A stretch of 64,000 nucleotides of DNA from a virus (taxonomy: Duplodnaviria; Caudoviricetes), in IMG/VR virus record IMGVR_UViG_3300031965_000009, positions 1 to 64,000 of that record. One strand, written 5' to 3'. This document shows, piece after piece, positions 61,387 through 64,000 of the stretch. Position 1 is the first letter of the stretch, and each line of letters begins with the position of its first letter. The notes below the pieces were generated by a model. It searched no databases, was not told the DNA's origin, and worked only from the letters and a program-made list of their open reading frames with translations. The translations under genes and the position numbers were made by a program.

Positions 61387-62039
61387 CTAGGTTGACCACT
61401 GATGAATTCGTGGACAGGGCAAAGAAAATTCATGGAGACAGATATGACTATTCTTACGTGCATTATAAAAACGCACATGAGGATGTTTTAATTATTTGTA
61501 GATTACACGGGGAGTTCACTATGGAAGCCACGAATCATATTCACATTCCTCGGGGCTGCCCCATATGCTCCAGGGGCGGTACAAATATCGAGAGATTTAT
61601 GTCAAAGATTCGCGAAGGTTCAAACGGGTGCTGGAACTGGATTGGGGGAACTAGGGGTGGAGAGTATGGCGGCTTTTGGGTTGATGGAAAGACCGTTAGG
61701 GCTCACCGTTACTCCTACGAGACATTTGTTGGCTCTATACCCGACGGTCTATCTATACTTCATAAGTGCGACAACCCTCCATGTGTTAACCCGAATCATT
61801 TATTTGCCGGAACCGCATCTGACAACGCAAGGGACATGGTAGACAAGGGAAGAGCACCAGACCAACGAGGGTCAAGCAACCCGTGTTCTAAACTAGACGA
61901 AGAGTCCGTCGTGAAGATTTCTAACATGATTGACTCTGGAGTGATACAGATTGACATAGCAAGACAGTTCGGCGTAAGCCCCCAGTTGATAACGGATATA
62001 AAAAAAGGAAGGAGATGGTCGTGGTTAACGAGAAGATAG
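61383..62039 (+). CDS. HNH homing endonuclease
   Basis: TTG start; CWNWIGG...RAHRYSY...LHKCDNPPCVNPNHL; C-terminal HTH. Confidence 0.9.
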   Translation: MTRLTTDEFVDRAKKIHGDRYDYSYVHYKNAHEDVLIICRLHGEFTMEATNHIHIPRGCPICSRGGTNIERFMSKIREGSNGCWNWIGGTRGGEYGGFWVDGKTVRAHRYSYETFVGSIPDGLSILHKCDNPPCVNPNHLFAGTASDNARDMVDKGRAPDQRGSSNPCSKLDEESVVKISNMIDSGVIQIDIARQFGVSPQLITDIKKGRRWSWLTRR

Positions 62040-63544
62040 AACCAATAGTCACGGTTATAATCCCGTGCCATAACAAATCGCTAACAATAGCTCGAGCAAT
62101 AGCTAGTGTGATGGCCCAAACCATCAACAACCTAGAGTGCTTCGTTATAAACGACCGAAGTTCTGATAATTCAGAAGAGATCATACTAGAAACCATAGGG
62201 CACGACAAGAGATTTTCTTATCATGTTGTGGATTACGGCAACGTTGCCACAGTAAGGAATTACGGAATATCCATAGCTAGCGGCCTATTCTACTGCTGCC
62301 TAGATGGAGACGACTGGATAGACCCGCTATTTCTTGAAGAATGCATTCCTCCGCTCCTAGAGGATAGATCGCTCGGAATCACATACACCGGACTAGCATA
62401 TCATAAGCCAGACGGATCGTCAGGACTGAGCAACTGGCCCGGAGAGTACGATTACAACAAACAGCTTGCAAGACAGAATCAGGTTCCAACGTGCCATGTC
62501 GGAAGAGTTGATATGTGGAAAAGACTTGGAGGGCAAAAGCAAAGATACACTGGTGCCGGAGGCGCTGGAGCAGAAGATGCTGAGTTTGTTCTAAGAGCAG
62601 GGGCATATGGGTACAATGCTAGAAAAGTCACAACCGCTGGTCTGTTTCATTACTCTTGGATGACTGGACTTGTGTCAGGCAACAAGGAATACCGCGAGAA
62701 AGATTGGCTGTACTGGCATCCATGGACGAAAGATAATGAACATCCAGTCGCCAGCATGGCAACAGCCCGGCGGCAATCGCACGCATGTCGTCAGTATGAT
62801 GAACCTGCAATATCTGTTATAATACCTGTTGGGCCTGGACATGCTGGCTACCTTGAAGACGCCCTTGACTCGCTTGAGGCCCAGACGTTTCGCAAGTGGG
62901 AAGCGGTGGTTGTCAATGACAGCGGAGAGGCGTTACCAGAAAGAATCATGAAAGCCTACCCCTACATGCGTCTCGTAGAGACGAAAGGAAGCATGGGGGC
63001 TGGTAAGGCAAGAAACATGGGGGTTAAACGTTCACGTGCGCCTATGATACTTTTCCTTGATTCAGACGACTTCTTGAACCCGGAGGCATTGTCTGAAATG
63101 CTTTATGCCTGGACTAAGAACGAGGCTATGATATACAGCGATTATTATGGGGTGTCGGTCATAGACGACCCAAGCAAGTTGGCTGGTGGGATAAAGATTG
63201 TCAGCAGAGATGCAAACGGTTTATCCGTCCTGTCATACAGGGCATCTGATTTTGACCAGAACAAGGCCATGCTTCAACCAACAGACCCGCCATACCTGTG
63301 GTGCAATGTGACAACATTAATGCCAAGAAGGTGGTTTGACGAGGTCGGTGGGTTTGACGAGGCAATGCCAAGCTATGAAGATTATGACCTGTTCGTCAGA
63401 CTTGCTAAGGCTGGTAAGTGTTTTTGCCGTATCCCTCAACCACTAATGACCTACAGGTTCATGTCTGGTTCAAGAAGAGATACAGGCTACAGGATGAAAG
63501 AAGAATTATTTCAGTACATGAAAGCAAAGTACAGGATGGAATAG
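62015..63544 (+). CDS. Tandem double GT2 glycosyltransferase
   Basis: Two GT2 domains: VIIPCHN...LDGDD and VIIPVG...LDSDD...EDYDL. Confidence 0.9.
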   Translation: MVVVNEKIEPIVTVIIPCHNKSLTIARAIASVMAQTINNLECFVINDRSSDNSEEIILETIGHDKRFSYHVVDYGNVATVRNYGISIASGLFYCCLDGDDWIDPLFLEECIPPLLEDRSLGITYTGLAYHKPDGSSGLSNWPGEYDYNKQLARQNQVPTCHVGRVDMWKRLGGQKQRYTGAGGAGAEDAEFVLRAGAYGYNARKVTTAGLFHYSWMTGLVSGNKEYREKDWLYWHPWTKDNEHPVASMATARRQSHACRQYDEPAISVIIPVGPGHAGYLEDALDSLEAQTFRKWEAVVVNDSGEALPERIMKAYPYMRLVETKGSMGAGKARNMGVKRSRAPMILFLDSDDFLNPEALSEMLYAWTKNEAMIYSDYYGVSVIDDPSKLAGGIKIVSRDANGLSVLSYRASDFDQNKAMLQPTDPPYLWCNVTTLMPRRWFDEVGGFDEAMPSYEDYDLFVRLAKAGKCFCRIPQPLMTYRFMSGSRRDTGYRMKEELFQYMKAKYRME

Positions 63545-63545
63545 A

Positions 63546-64000
63546 ATGTGTAATTGCGATAAGAAGAATGAAAAAGTAAGTGCGGCACAAGCCGTACAGA
63601 ATACATACAAGGAGACGAAACAAGCTATGAACATGCAAGCAGATCAAGACATGATCCTTATTCGATACAACCACGGCAATCGTGGGCAGCACGTGGTCAA
63701 AGGATATGCGACAGGGAAATACTATGGCTATCGCGGGGGCGGGGACACATTCCTAGTACACCGCGATGACATAAAGAACTCGCCCCACATATTCATCCCC
63801 ATAGAAACCCAGGCTCTTGCCACCAATGAGCCTGCCCCGCCACCTGTCCAGGAGTTCGATGCCGAAGCATATCTTGCCCGCATCAAGGACAAGTGGAATA
63901 AGGAATTGGATTTGCAGACCTTGCCTGGTGTGACGGCTATCATCGAGCAAAGCATGAAGGATTCAGGCTTCACGACCCGAGATGCCATCATGCGGGCTGG
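63546..64000 (+). CDS. Hypothetical protein with a helix-hairpin-helix-like end (3' partial)
   Basis: Hand-translated MCNCDKK...LQTLPGVT; open to the window end. Confidence 0.55.
   Translation, partial: MCNCDKKNEKVSAAQAVQNTYKETKQAMNMQADQDMILIRYNHGNRGQHVVKGYATGKYYGYRGGGDTFLVHRDDIKNSPHIFIPIETQALATNEPAPPPVQEFDAEAYLARIKDKWNKELDLQTLPGVTAIIEQSMKDSGFTTRDAIMRA

Noticed and set aside
1-64000. Integrase/att sites, DNA polymerase or a CATG DNA methyltransferase
   Set aside because: No catalytic motifs recognised. The two SAM methyltransferases lack DPPY/NPPY or PC motifs. Such genes may lie outside the window.

Overview
The window is a 64-kb segment of a tailed dsDNA phage genome. Genes are cut at both edges, and no integrase, rRNA or CRISPR array is visible. 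A cell-wall-binding module in two lysin-like genes suggests a Chloroflexota (Anaerolineae-like) host; this is an inference from recall. Layout: 1-3.7 kb is the end of the late operon (tail-type protein, multidomain lysin). 3.7-29 kb is a leftward array of small genes with a DnaC-like loader, a RimK-like ATP-grasp ligase, an M28 peptidase and a macrodomain, interrupted by three rightward genes. 29-33 kb is a control region with a short rightward island and a very CATG-dense tract. 33-41.3 kb is leftward (cytidylyltransferase, M23 peptidase, DnaB). 41.4-50.6 kb holds terminase (two inteins), portal, protease/scaffold and major capsid protein. 52-63.5 kb is a sugar-synthesis/glycosyltransferase cassette interspersed with homing endonucleases. 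Top observations: (1) about 23 small, mostly KOW/SH3-like proteins share a Cys-x-Met motif near the C-terminus; (2) an HNH endonuclease is overprinted in a different reading frame inside terminase intein 2; (3) the palindrome CATG is strongly over-represented, peaking at about 47 copies in about 430 nt; (4) a ColD/ColC-like dideoxysugar pathway sits just downstream of the capsid gene. All annotations come from reading motifs by eye; no database searches were run.
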